A stretch of 32,000 bases of DNA from Kineococcus radiotolerans SRS30216 = ATCC BAA-149 (GTDB lineage Bacteria > Actinomycetota > Actinomycetes > Actinomycetales > Kineococcaceae), in the NCBI RefSeq assembly GCF_000017305.1, contig NC_009664.2, forward strand, positions 810,001-842,000, given 5' to 3'. Numbering within the stretch: position 1 is the stretch's first letter; every line of letters starts with the position of its first letter. This document shows, one piece after another, positions 18,553-27,020 of the stretch. A model generated the notes under the pieces. That model made no database searches, had not been told where the DNA came from, and saw only the letters and a list, made by a program, of their open reading frames with translations. A program made the position numbers and the translations under genes.

Positions 18553-19728
18553 TCAGGACAGCAGCGCGTCCACGAACGCCTCGGGGTCGAAGGGGGCGAG
18601 GTCGTCGGGGCCCTCCCCCAGCCCGATGAGCTTCACCGGCACGTCGAGGGAGCGCTGCACGGCGACGACGATCCCGCCCTTGGCCGTCCCGTCGAGCTTG
18701 GTCAGCACGATGCCCGTGACGTCGACGACCTCGGAGAAGACCGCGGCCTGGCGCAGCCCGTTCTGGCCGGTGGTGGCGTCCAGCACCAGCAGCACCTCGT
18801 CGACGGGTCCGTGGCGCTCCACGACCCGCTTGACCTTGCCGAGCTCGTCCATGAGGCCGACCTTGTTCTGCAGGCGGCCGGCGGTGTCGACGATCACGAC
18901 GTCGACCTCGTCGTCGATGCCCTGCTTGACGGCGTCGAAGGCCACCGAGGCGGGGTCGGCGCCGTCCTTGTCCGAGCGCACGGTGGGGACCCCGACGCGG
19001 TCCCCCCAGGTGGCGAGCTGCTCGGCGGCCGCGGCGCGGAAGGTGTCGGCCGCGCCGAGGACGACGTCCTTGTCCTCGGCGACCAGCACGCGGGCGAGCT
19101 TGCCGACCGTGGTGGTCTTGCCGGTGCCGTTGACCCCCACGACCATGATCACGGCGGGGCGGTCGGCGTGCCGGGTGGTGCGCAGGGTGCGGTCGACGTC
19201 GGTGCCGACGGCCCTGAGCAGCTCCTCGCGCAGCATCTCCCGCAGCAGGGCGGGTTCGCGGGTGCCGAGGACCTTCACCCGCTCGCGCAGGGCGTCGACG
19301 ATCTCGGTGGTGGGCCCGAAGCCGACGTCGGCGAGGAGCAGGGTCTCCTCGACCTCCTCCCACGTCGCCTCGTCGAGGGTGTCGCGCGAGAGCAGCGCGA
19401 GCAGGCCCTGCCCCAGGGCGGAGTTGGAGCGGGACAGGCGCTCGCGCAGCCGGACGAGGCGGCCCAGCGCGGGCGCGGGCCGCTCCACCAGCGGGCCCTC
19501 GGGCAGGTCGAGGACGTCCACCGCGCGCGAGGGGGAGTCGCGCGGGACCTCGGCGTCGTCACCCACCCCCGGCAGGGGGTCCTCCCCCGGGCCCGTCGCG
19601 GCGCGGGCGCCGGGGCGGGGCGGGAGGGAACCGCGGCGGCGACGCGGCCGCACGAGCCCCACGACGGCGCCGACCCCCGCGAGGGCGATGACGACGAGGA
19701 GGCCGATGATCAGTTCGACGGTGTCCAC
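18553..19728 (-). CDS. ftsY: Signal recognition particle receptor FtsY
   Basis: 391 aa. It has an N-terminal TM anchor (LIIGLLVVIALAGVGAVVGLV), an acidic/Pro-rich linker and an NG domain with GVNGTGKTTT, DTAGR and TKLDGTAKGG. GTG at 19728 follows GGGAGGA by 9 nt. Confidence 0.95.
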   Translation of the reverse strand: MDTVELIIGLLVVIALAGVGAVVGLVRPRRRRGSLPPRPGARAATGPGEDPLPGVGDDAEVPRDSPSRAVDVLDLPEGPLVERPAPALGRLVRLRERLSRSNSALGQGLLALLSRDTLDEATWEEVEETLLLADVGFGPTTEIVDALRERVKVLGTREPALLREMLREELLRAVGTDVDRTLRTTRHADRPAVIMVVGVNGTGKTTTVGKLARVLVAEDKDVVLGAADTFRAAAAEQLATWGDRVGVPTVRSDKDGADPASVAFDAVKQGIDDEVDVVIVDTAGRLQNKVGLMDELGKVKRVVERHGPVDEVLLVLDATTGQNGLRQAAVFSEVVDVTGIVLTKLDGTAKGGIVVAVQRSLDVPVKLIGLGEGPDDLAPFDPEAFVDALLS

Positions 19729-19779
19729 GAGCGTCGATCCTCCCAGACGCCGGGAGGCGGGCGGGTCGGCGCAGCCGGG

Positions 19780-20028
19780 TCAGCGGGCGCGGGCCGTGCG
19801 CCGTCCCTCGCCGCGGGAGCGGTGCTGGGCCTCCAGGCGCGCGGCGAGCTGCGCGGCGGCGCGGTCGCGGTGGTGGCGCACCACGGGCAGGGCGCGACCG
19901 GCCCAGGCGTCGACGCGCGCGATCAGCCGGCTGCCGCGCCGGCGCATCGCGGGCGCGGCGACGGTGAGCAGGACCACCGCGGCCAGCCCGACGGTGAGCA
20001 CGAACGTCACGAGCAGGGTCGTCAGCAC
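19780..20028 (-). CDS. Small hypothetical membrane protein, 82 aa: one TM helix plus an Arg-rich tail
   Basis: From GTG at 20028 nearly every codon ends in G/C, which is coding-like. The 25 codons upstream of it in the ORF-track version have many A/T-ending codons. The sequence is VLTTLLVTFVLTVGLAAVVLLTVAAPAMRRRGSRLIARV... I recognise no family. Confidence 0.5.
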   Translation of the reverse strand: MLTTLLVTFVLTVGLAAVVLLTVAAPAMRRRGSRLIARVDAWAGRALPVVRHHRDRAAAQLAARLEAQHRSRGEGRRTARAR

Positions 20029-20152
20029 GGGAGCACCACCATCCGGTTCATCACGGGACCAGGCTGCCCCGCCCGCCCCGCCCGCACCACTCGGCGCGCG
20101 CACCGTTGCCGCCCCGTGACCGGATGCTCACCGCGGCGTCACCGTCGGTGCC

Positions 20153-23100
20153 TCAGGCCGGTTCGGGCTCCCGCAGCCGCTGGCTGACGACGGTGCTGAT
20201 GCCGTCCCCGCGCATCGTCACCCCGTACAGCGCGTCGGCGATCTGCATGGTGCGCTTCTGGTGGGTGATGACGATGAGCTGGCTGGAGGCGCGCAGCTCC
20301 TCGAACAGGGTGATGAGCCGCGACAGGTTCGCGTCGTCCAGCGCGGCCTCGACCTCGTCGAGGACGTAGAAGGGGCTGGGGCGGGCCCGGAAGATCGACA
20401 CCAGCATCGCGACCGCGGCCAGCGAGCGCTCCCCGCCGGACAGCAGCGAGAGCCGCTTGACCTTCTTGCCGGCCGGGCGGGCCTCGACCTCGATGCCGGT
20501 GGTGAGCATGTTCGCGGGGTCGGTGAGGACCAGGCGCCCCTCCCCGCCGGGGAAGAGGCGCGGGAAGACCTGCTCGTACTGCTCGGCCACCTCGGCGAAC
20601 GCCTCGGAGAACACCCGCTCGACCCGCTCGTCGACCTCCTTGACGATGTCGAGCAGGTCCTTGCGCGAGCGGCGGAGGTCGTCGGACTGGGTGACGAGGA
20701 ACTGGTGGCGCTCCTCCATCGCCGCGTACTCCTCCAGGGCCAGGGGGTTGACCTGGCCGAGCTGGGACAGCGCCCGTTCCGCGGCGCGGCGGCGCTTCTC
20801 CTGCTCGGCGCGCACGTAGGGGCGCGGTTCCGGCGGGCTCTGCGGCTCGGGGTCGCCCGGGGCCGGCGGCGAGGGCGGCACGAGCTGGTCGGGGCCGAAC
20901 TCGGCGACGAGGACGTCGGGGTCGGTGCCGAGCTCCTCCAGGGAGCGCTGCCGCAGCTGGTCGACCTTCCACCGCTGCTGGGCGCGGGCCACCTCGTCGG
21001 CGTGGCGGGTGTCGCCGAGGCGCTGCTGCTCGGTCTTCAGCGCCTCCACGGTCCGGCGGGCGCCGGCGACCTCCTCGTCGAAGCCCGCCCGGGCGGCCTC
21101 GGCGGCCCGGCGCAGGGTCGCGGCCTGGGCCGCGGAGGTCTCCCACGCTGCGAGCGCGACCGCGGCCCCCTCGCGGACGCGGGTGGCCACGCGGACCTGC
21201 TCGGCCCGCCGGGCCCGGCGGGCGGCGGCGCGCTCGCGGGCGGCGAGCTCCTCCCGGGCCTGCCGCTGCAGGCCCTCGGCGCGCCCGGCGAGCGCGCGGG
21301 CGCGTTCCTCGGTGGTGCGCAGCGCGAGCCGGGCGTCGGTCTCGGTGCGGCCGAGGCCGCGGGCGACCTCGGCGAGGCGGTCGCGCTCGTCGGTGGAGAC
21401 GTCGCCGTCCTCGGCGGGGGCGGCGGAGGCCACCTCGAACCGCTCGGTGAGGTCGGCGAGCTCGGCCCGGTCGGTCGCGAGCCGCTCGCCCACCTGGGTG
21501 CGGGTGGCCCGGAGCCGGTCCGCCTCGGCCGCCGCGGCGCGCACCGCGGAGCCGAGCTGGCCGAGCTGCTCGGCGACGGCGTTCATCCGGGCGTCGGAGT
21601 CGTGCAGGCGGTCCAGGGCCGCCTCGACCCGGTCGCTCGCCGCGGCCCGCTCGGCCTGGGCCTGCTGGAGGGCGAACTGGGCGCGCTGGGCGCGGTGCCC
21701 GGCCGCCGAGAGCGCGTCGGTGGCCTCGTCGACGGCCGCCTGCACCTGGAGAAGGCTGGGGGCCGAGCGCGACCCGCCGGCGGCGAGGTGGGTGCCGAGG
21801 AGGTCCCCGTCGCGGGTCACGGCCACGAGGTCCGGCCGCGTCCGCACCAGGTCCTGGGCGGCGGTGAGGTCCGCGACGACGACGACGTCGCCGAGCAGCC
21901 GGGCCACCGCCGGCTGCAGGTCCGCGGGGACGGTGACCAGGGACAGGGCCGCGCGCGCGCCGGGCGGGGCGTCGACGGCGGGCGCGGCGCCGGAGCCGGG
22001 GGCGGAGGTGAGGAGCATCCCGGCGCGGCCGGCGTCCTCGTCCTTGAGGTGGGCGATGGCCCGGCCCGCGTCGGCGGGGCCGGTGACCACGACGGCGTCG
22101 GCGGCGGTCCCCAGCGCGGCGGCCACGGCCTGCTCGTAGCCGTTCTCGACGCTGAGCAGGGCCGCGACCGAGCCGAGGACCCCGGAGAGCGCGGACCCGG
22201 CGGCCAGCAGGGCCCCGGCGCCGTCCTTGCGGTCCAGGCCGATCTCCAGGGCCTCCTTGCGCGCGGCCCAGGTGGCGCGTTCGCGCTCGGCGGCCTGCAG
22301 CTCGGCGCGGGCCGCCTCGTGGGCGGCCTCGGCGGTCTCCAGCTGGGCGGCCGCGGCCTCGTGCTCCGCGTCCAGGCCCTCCTCGCCCTCCTCGACCCCG
22401 GCGACCTGGGTCTCCAGGGCGGCGAACTCGGCCTGGGCGCGGGCGCGGCGCTGCTCGGCGTCGGCCAGCGCCCCCGAGAGCCGCTCCAGCTCGGCCTCCG
22501 CGGCCTCCACGCGGCTGGTGCGGGCCGCGACCTGCCCGCCCAGCCGGGCCAGGCCCTCGCGCCGGTCCGCGGCGGCGCGCAGGGCCGCCGCGACCCGCTG
22601 GTCCTCGGCGCGGGCGGCGCGGTCGGCCTCGGCGCGGGCGGCGAGGACCTCGTCGAGCGCGGCCCGGTGGGCGGCGACCTGCCCGGCGAGCTCGGCCTCC
22701 TCGGCCCGGACGCGGTCGGCGGCGGCCTGCAGCTCCTCGGGGTCGCGGCGGCCGGTCTGCTCGTCCGGTTCGCTCGCGAGCAGCCGCAGCCGTTCCGCGG
22801 CGAGGGCCTGCACCCCGCGCAGGCGCTCGGCCAGGGACTGCAGCCGGTGGTGGGTCTCCACGGCGCGGGCGAGGTCCGGGGCGGCGGCCGCGGCGGCGGC
22901 CTCGGCGTCGGCGAGGCGGCGGGCGGCCTCGGCGAGGTCCGCCTCGACCTGGACCTGGCGCGCCTTCAGCGCGGCCTCGTCGGCCTCGTCGCGCTGCAGG
23001 GAGCTGCTGGCCTGGACGACGTCGTCGGCGAGCAGCCGCAGCCGCGCGTCGCGCAGGTCGGCCTGGACGACCTGCGCGCGCCGGGCCACCTCGGCCTGGC

Positions 23101-23728
23101 GGCCCAGCGGTTTGAGCTGGCGGCGGATCTCGGTGACGAGGTCGGCGACGCGGGTGAGGTTGGCCTCCATCGCGTCGAGCTTGCGCAGCGCCTTCTCCTT
23201 GCGGCGGCGGTGCTTGAGGACCCCGGCGGCCTCCTCGATGAAGGCGCGGCGCTCCTCGGGCGAGGCGTGCAGGACGGCGTCGATCTGGCCCTGGCCGACG
23301 ATGACGTGCATCTCGCGGCCGATGCCGGAGTCGGAGAGGAGTTCCTGCACGTCGAGCAGGCGGCAGTTCTGGCCGTTGATCGCGTACTCGGAGCCGCCGG
23401 TGCGGAACATCGTGCGGGTGATCGTCACCTCGGCGAACTCGATGGGCAGCGCGCCGTCGGTGTTGTCGATGGTGAGGCTGACCTCGGCCCGCCCGAGCGC
23501 GGAGCGCCCCTCCGGGCCGGTGGTGCCGGCGAAGATGACGTCCTCCATCTTGCCGCCGCGCAGGCTCTTGGCGCTGTGCTCCCCCATGACCCAGGTCAGG
23601 GCGTCCACGACGTTGGACTTGCCGGAACCGTTCGGGCCGACCACGCACGTGATCCCCGGCTGGAGCCGCAGCGTCGTCGCGGAGGCGAACGACTTGAACC
23701 CCTTGAGGGTGAGGGTCTTCAGGTGCAC
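20153..23728 (-). CDS. smc: Chromosome partition protein SMC, 1191 aa
   Basis: N-terminal head VHLKTLTLKGFKSFA...VVGPNGSGKSNVVDAL (Walker A), long Ala/Glu/Arg coiled coils, a hinge (GVLGSVAALLSVENGYEQAVAAALG), a C-terminal signature LSGGERSLAAVAML and Walker B FYVLDEVEAALD. The start is GTG at 23728, matching the usual M/V-xLKxLxLxGFKSF N-terminus. The ORF-track extension to 23917 is not supported. Confidence 0.95.
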   Translation of the reverse strand: MHLKTLTLKGFKSFASATTLRLQPGITCVVGPNGSGKSNVVDALTWVMGEHSAKSLRGGKMEDVIFAGTTGPEGRSALGRAEVSLTIDNTDGALPIEFAEVTITRTMFRTGGSEYAINGQNCRLLDVQELLSDSGIGREMHVIVGQGQIDAVLHASPEERRAFIEEAAGVLKHRRRKEKALRKLDAMEANLTRVADLVTEIRRQLKPLGRQAEVARRAQVVQADLRDARLRLLADDVVQASSSLQRDEADEAALKARQVQVEADLAEAARRLADAEAAAAAAAPDLARAVETHHRLQSLAERLRGVQALAAERLRLLASEPDEQTGRRDPEELQAAADRVRAEEAELAGQVAAHRAALDEVLAARAEADRAARAEDQRVAAALRAAADRREGLARLGGQVAARTSRVEAAEAELERLSGALADAEQRRARAQAEFAALETQVAGVEEGEEGLDAEHEAAAAQLETAEAAHEAARAELQAAERERATWAARKEALEIGLDRKDGAGALLAAGSALSGVLGSVAALLSVENGYEQAVAAALGTAADAVVVTGPADAGRAIAHLKDEDAGRAGMLLTSAPGSGAAPAVDAPPGARAALSLVTVPADLQPAVARLLGDVVVVADLTAAQDLVRTRPDLVAVTRDGDLLGTHLAAGGSRSAPSLLQVQAAVDEATDALSAAGHRAQRAQFALQQAQAERAAASDRVEAALDRLHDSDARMNAVAEQLGQLGSAVRAAAAEADRLRATRTQVGERLATDRAELADLTERFEVASAAPAEDGDVSTDERDRLAEVARGLGRTETDARLALRTTEERARALAGRAEGLQRQAREELAARERAAARRARRAEQVRVATRVREGAAVALAAWETSAAQAATLRRAAEAARAGFDEEVAGARRTVEALKTEQQRLGDTRHADEVARAQQRWKVDQLRQRSLEELGTDPDVLVAEFGPDQLVPPSPPAPGDPEPQSPPEPRPYVRAEQEKRRRAAERALSQLGQVNPLALEEYAAMEERHQFLVTQSDDLRRSRKDLLDIVKEVDERVERVFSEAFAEVAEQYEQVFPRLFPGGEGRLVLTDPANMLTTGIEVEARPAGKKVKRLSLLSGGERSLAAVAMLVSIFRARPSPFYVLDEVEAALDDANLSRLITLFEELRASSQLIVITHQKRTMQIADALYGVTMRGDGISTVVSQRLREPEPA

Positions 23729-23940
23729 GGTGCAGGAGCCTAACTTCGAGGGCGCCGTGATCCGGGGAGGCGAGCCGGGCGGTTCCCGGCCACCGGCGCG
23801 CCGGCCGCCGTCGCCGTCGCCGTCGTCGCCGCGGTCATCACGACCCGGAATGACCGCCGGGGCGACACGCGACGTGCTCGATGCGTGACCGGGTACCGAT
23901 GTAGAACGGGGGGACACCCCCGTGACCCGGAAGGACGTCC

Positions 23941-25263
23941 GTGCCGACCCGCCCCACCGGCGAGAACGCGGCGACCCGCCCCGCTCGTCCCCCCCGCCGC
24001 CCTCCGGCCGCCCGGCGCCTGCCCGCGCCGCGCGGCGCCGCCCCCGCCCCCGCCCCCGGGGCCGCGACCCCGAGCCAGGAGGTGCCGCCCCGGCTGCTGG
24101 TGACCATCGCGCTGCTCTGCGCGATCGGTCCCTTCGGCATCGACACCTACCTGCCGACGTTCCCCGACCTCGCCCGCGACCTGTCCACCAGCGCCGCCCG
24201 GGTCCAGCTCACCCTGACGACGTTCATGCTCGGCATGGCCGTCGGGCAGCTCGTCCTCGGGCCGCTCTCCGACCGCCTCGGGCGGCGCCGGCTGCTGCTG
24301 GCCGGCACCGCCGTCACGTTCCTGGCCGGGGTGGTCTGCGCCCTGTCCCCCTCGATCGGCGTCCTCGTCGCGGCCCGCCTGGTGCAGGGCCTGGCCGGGG
24401 CGGCGGGCATGGTCATCGGCCGCGCCGTCATCGCCGACCTCGCCACCGGGCGGACCGCGGCCCGGGCGTTCTCGACCCTCGGCGTCATCGGCGGGGTCGC
24501 CCCCGTCCTGGCTCCCGTGCTGGGCGGGCTGATCGCGGGCCACGGCGGCTGGCGCGGGATCTTCGGCGTCACGGCCCTGCTCGCGGCCGCGATGCTCGTC
24601 GCCGCCTGGTTCGTCCTGCCCGAGACCCTGCCCCGGGAGCGCCGCCACGCCGGCGGGCTGCGCGAGGTCGCCTCGACGGCGCGCGCGGTCCTGTCCCGGC
24701 GGCGCTACGTCGGCTACGTCGGGTGCCTCGTGCTCGTCTTCGCGACCGTCTTCGCCTACGTCTCGGCCTCGCCGTTCGTCCTGCAGAACGTGGTGGGGCT
24801 CTCCCCGCGGACCTACTCGGTGGTGTTCGCGACCAACGCCCTGGGGATCGTCGCCGCGGGCGCCGTCTCCAACCGCCTGCTGCGCCGCCGCACCCCCGCG
24901 CAGGTGCTCACCGCGGGCGTCGCCCTGCAGGTCGTCTGCGCCGCGGGGCTGTTCACCACCGTCGTCGCCCTCGACGCCTGGGCGCCCGCCGTGCTGGTCC
25001 TGCTGTGGTTCACGATGTTCAGCATCGGTCTCGTCTTCGGCAACGCCACGGCGCTCGCGGCCGACGAGGTGCGGTTCGCCTCCGGCACCGGTTCGGCGCT
25101 GCAGGGGGCGTTGCAGTTCACCGTCGGCGCGCTGGTCTCGTCGCTGGTGGGCCTGGCCGGTGAGCACTCGGCGGTGCCCATGGTCGCGGTGATGCTGGGG
25201 TGCTCGGGAGCGGCCGCGCTGGTGCTGGTCCTCGTCGCCCGGCCCCGCCGCACGCACCCCTGA
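23941..25263 (+). CDS. MFS transporter, Bcr/CflA (DHA1) drug-resistance type
   Basis: The start of TM1 (LLCAIGPFGIDTYLPTFPDLARDL) and the MFS loop motif GPLSDRLGRRRLLL are typical of Bcr/CflA. About 12 TM segments are visible. GTG at 23941 follows GGAAGGA by 5 nt, which gives a ~47-aa Pro/Arg/Ala-rich N-terminal tail. GTG at 24082 is an alternative start. Confidence 0.85.
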   Translation: MPTRPTGENAATRPARPPRRPPAARRLPAPRGAAPAPAPGAATPSQEVPPRLLVTIALLCAIGPFGIDTYLPTFPDLARDLSTSAARVQLTLTTFMLGMAVGQLVLGPLSDRLGRRRLLLAGTAVTFLAGVVCALSPSIGVLVAARLVQGLAGAAGMVIGRAVIADLATGRTAARAFSTLGVIGGVAPVLAPVLGGLIAGHGGWRGIFGVTALLAAAMLVAAWFVLPETLPRERRHAGGLREVASTARAVLSRRRYVGYVGCLVLVFATVFAYVSASPFVLQNVVGLSPRTYSVVFATNALGIVAAGAVSNRLLRRRTPAQVLTAGVALQVVCAAGLFTTVVALDAWAPAVLVLLWFTMFSIGLVFGNATALAADEVRFASGTGSALQGALQFTVGALVSSLVGLAGEHSAVPMVAVMLGCSGAAALVLVLVARPRRTHP

Positions 25264-25266
25264 CCC

Positions 25267-25314
25267 GCCCCGGCGCCGCGCCGGCTCTGTCACCGGCCGG
25301 CGGGGCGCCGGGGC
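25267..25314. terminator. Hairpin between convergent genes; a possible bidirectional terminator
   Basis: GCCCCGGCGCC (25267-25277) and GGCGCCGGGGC (25304-25314) are exact complements, with further inner GCCGG/CCGGC pairing. The element fills the 52-nt gap between the MFS stop (25263) and the stop of the minus-strand hypothetical gene (25316). Confidence 0.5.
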
Positions 25315-25315
25315 C

Positions 25316-25750
25316 TCAGGCGGCCGGCCCCGGTTCCTCGCGGGCGGCTTCCTCGCGGGCGGGTTCCTCGTGGGCGGGTCCGCCGGCCTCGTGGGTCCGC
25401 TGCTCGAACACCGGCATCGACCGCTGGAGCTTGTCGGCCAGCCGCCAGGCCTCGGCCCGGCTCAGGTGCAGCCCCATCTCGCGGTGGCTGCCGAGGCCGG
25501 AGTAGACGACCACCCCGGCGAGGTTGGGTTCGGACCCGTCGTCCTCGATGACGCTGAGGCAGAGCCAGGGCTTGATCCCGGGGCGGAAGTGGGCCAGGCG
25601 CATCGGCGGCACGTCCCGCTCCCCGGTGAGGTACGGGACGAGCATCCGCACGTAGGCGAGGTCGTAGACCTCGGTGCGCCCGTCGGCGCTCAGGATGACG
25701 TCGTTGCCGCGGATGGTCACGGCCTCTGCTGCGGTAGCCCCTAGCTGCAC
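25316..25750 (-). CDS. Hypothetical protein, ~144 aa, no recognisable family; acidic EEP/EEA repeat tail
   Basis: Third positions are G/C-rich from about 25720 downward. GTG at 25750 is preceded by GTAGG; GTG at 25720 is the alternative start. The gene lies 47 nt downstream of the VanY-like gene on the same strand. The ORF-track extension to 26347 overlaps that gene out of frame and is rejected. Confidence 0.55.
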   Translation of the reverse strand: MQLGATAAEAVTIRGNDVILSADGRTEVYDLAYVRMLVPYLTGERDVPPMRLAHFRPGIKPWLCLSVIEDDGSEPNLAGVVVYSGLGSHREMGLHLSRAEAWRLADKLQRSMPVFEQRTHEAGGPAHEEPAREEAAREEPGPAA

Positions 25751-25797
25751 CCGACCTACTTCAGTACAGGCGGTGCGAGAACGCACCCCGAGAGGTG

Positions 25798-26673
25798 TCA
25801 GGCGTAGGTCGTCCCGCCCGTGACGCCGAAGAACTCCTCCAGGGTCGGGGAACCCGCCGCGGCCACCTCGGCCGCCAGCTCGGCCCCCACCCAGCGCCAG
25901 TGCCACGGTTCGGGGGCGTAGCCGGTGACGTCGGTCTTGCCCTCGGGGTAGCGCAGGAGGAACCCGAACCGCCCGCCGTGGGCCACCAGCCAGTCCGACT
26001 CCGGGGTCTGCCCGAAGCAGTTCCGCAGCAGGCAGCCGGGCCGGGTGCTGCCGCTGAAGTCGATGGCGAGGCCGGTCTGGTGCTCGCTGTGGCCGGGGCG
26101 GGCGGACACGCTCTCCGCGGTCTCCAGCCCGTCGCGCGACACCGCGGAGTCGTGCACCGCGCGCTGGTGCTCCAGGGACCGGAACCCGCTGGTCACGGTG
26201 AGGGACACCCCGTCGGCCGCGGCGGCCGCCAGCAGGGCCCGCAGGTCGTCGGCGACGACGGCCGCGACCTCCTTGCCGCCGACGGTGGCGAGCTCGGGGG
26301 CGTAGTCGAGGGGGTCGATCGGGTGCTGCTTGTTGACCACCACCCACGGACTGGCCGCGTCGGTCAGGGAGTGCCGCGGTCCCGGCGCGGTCGGGGGGAC
26401 CGACGGGGCCGGCGTGGCCGCGGGGGCGGGCCCGCCGGCGGCGACGGGGTCCTGCACGGCGGGGTCGGCGCCCGCGGCCACGCGGGCCGGGTCGCTCCCC
26501 CCGAGGCGGGTGGCGAGGACCCCGGCCCCCGTCCCGGTCGCGACGAGGCCGACGAGCAGGGCCCGGCGGGCCACGACGGCCTCGTGGCCGTAGCGCCGGC
26601 GCCCGTCGGGGAGGACCTCCGGGGCGAAACGCGACCGCGCGCGTCCCGGCCGGGGCCCCGCTCCGCTGCTCAT
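25798..26673 (-). CDS. Secreted VanY/M15B-family D-alanyl-D-alanine carboxypeptidase-like protein with a twin-arginine signal
   Basis: Zn-peptidase motifs SEHQTGLAIDF (SxHxxGxAxD) and EPWHWRW (ExxH), plus WVVVNKQHP. The N-terminus VARRALLVGLVATGTGAGVLA looks like a Tat signal. ATG at 26673 follows GGGAGGA by 8 nt. Confidence 0.85.
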   Translation of the reverse strand: MSSGAGPRPGRARSRFAPEVLPDGRRRYGHEAVVARRALLVGLVATGTGAGVLATRLGGSDPARVAAGADPAVQDPVAAGGPAPAATPAPSVPPTAPGPRHSLTDAASPWVVVNKQHPIDPLDYAPELATVGGKEVAAVVADDLRALLAAAAADGVSLTVTSGFRSLEHQRAVHDSAVSRDGLETAESVSARPGHSEHQTGLAIDFSGSTRPGCLLRNCFGQTPESDWLVAHGGRFGFLLRYPEGKTDVTGYAPEPWHWRWVGAELAAEVAAAGSPTLEEFFGVTGGTTYA

Positions 26674-26962
26674 GGCCGCGATCCTCCCAGCCGGACGGGT
26701 GCGGCCCGGCCCGGCGCGCGGGGACGCACCCGGCCCGGGCCGGCGGGCACCCCCCGGGAACTCCGGAGGGTGATCGACCGCCTACGTCTGGTCAGTTCCC
26801 GGCCCCGCAAGGCCGCCCCGGCGGGGTCGGGGGCCGACCCCGGTCGAGGTCGTCCTCCGCGACGACGAGCGGGGCGCCCACCCGCGCCGGGCCCCGCCGG
26901 GCGCCACCGCCCCGCGCGGGGGCGGCACCGGCGAGGCGCGGGCCCCGCCGCTCCGGAGTTGC

Positions 26963-26992
26963 TTGTGAAACGTGTCAAAGTGCGGTTACGGT
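26963..26992 (+). promoter_or_regulatory. Candidate rhaI promoter (TTGTGA-n18-TACGGT) overlapping an imperfect LacI-type palindrome TGAAACGTGTCA
   Basis: This is the only AT-enriched patch in the 347-bp divergent spacer, 29-58 nt upstream of the rhaI ATG. The palindrome at 26966-26977 matches its own reverse complement at 10 of 12 positions, centred on ACGT. Confidence 0.35.
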
Positions 26993-27020
26993 GAACCACC
27001 CCGATGGAGTGGAGCCCTTC

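Noticed and set aside
23807-23830. GCCGTC/GTCGCC hexanucleotide-like repeats (gccgtcgccgtcgccgtcgtcgcc) in the smc/MFS divergent spacer.
   Set aside because: This is short, imperfect low-complexity sequence typical of GC-rich DNA. It shows no phasing with any promoter element and has no flanking structure.
26674-26960. Possible cyclic-di-AMP (ydaO-type) riboswitch upstream of the cell-wall peptidase gene. That riboswitch often precedes peptidoglycan hydrolase genes in actinobacteria.
   Set aside because: I could not find the conserved ydaO blocks (GGGGACCCA, GGGGUGAAUC, CCGAAUCC...CAGCUAACCUCGUAAGC-like) on either strand. Only generic GC hairpins are present. A covariance-model scan would settle it.
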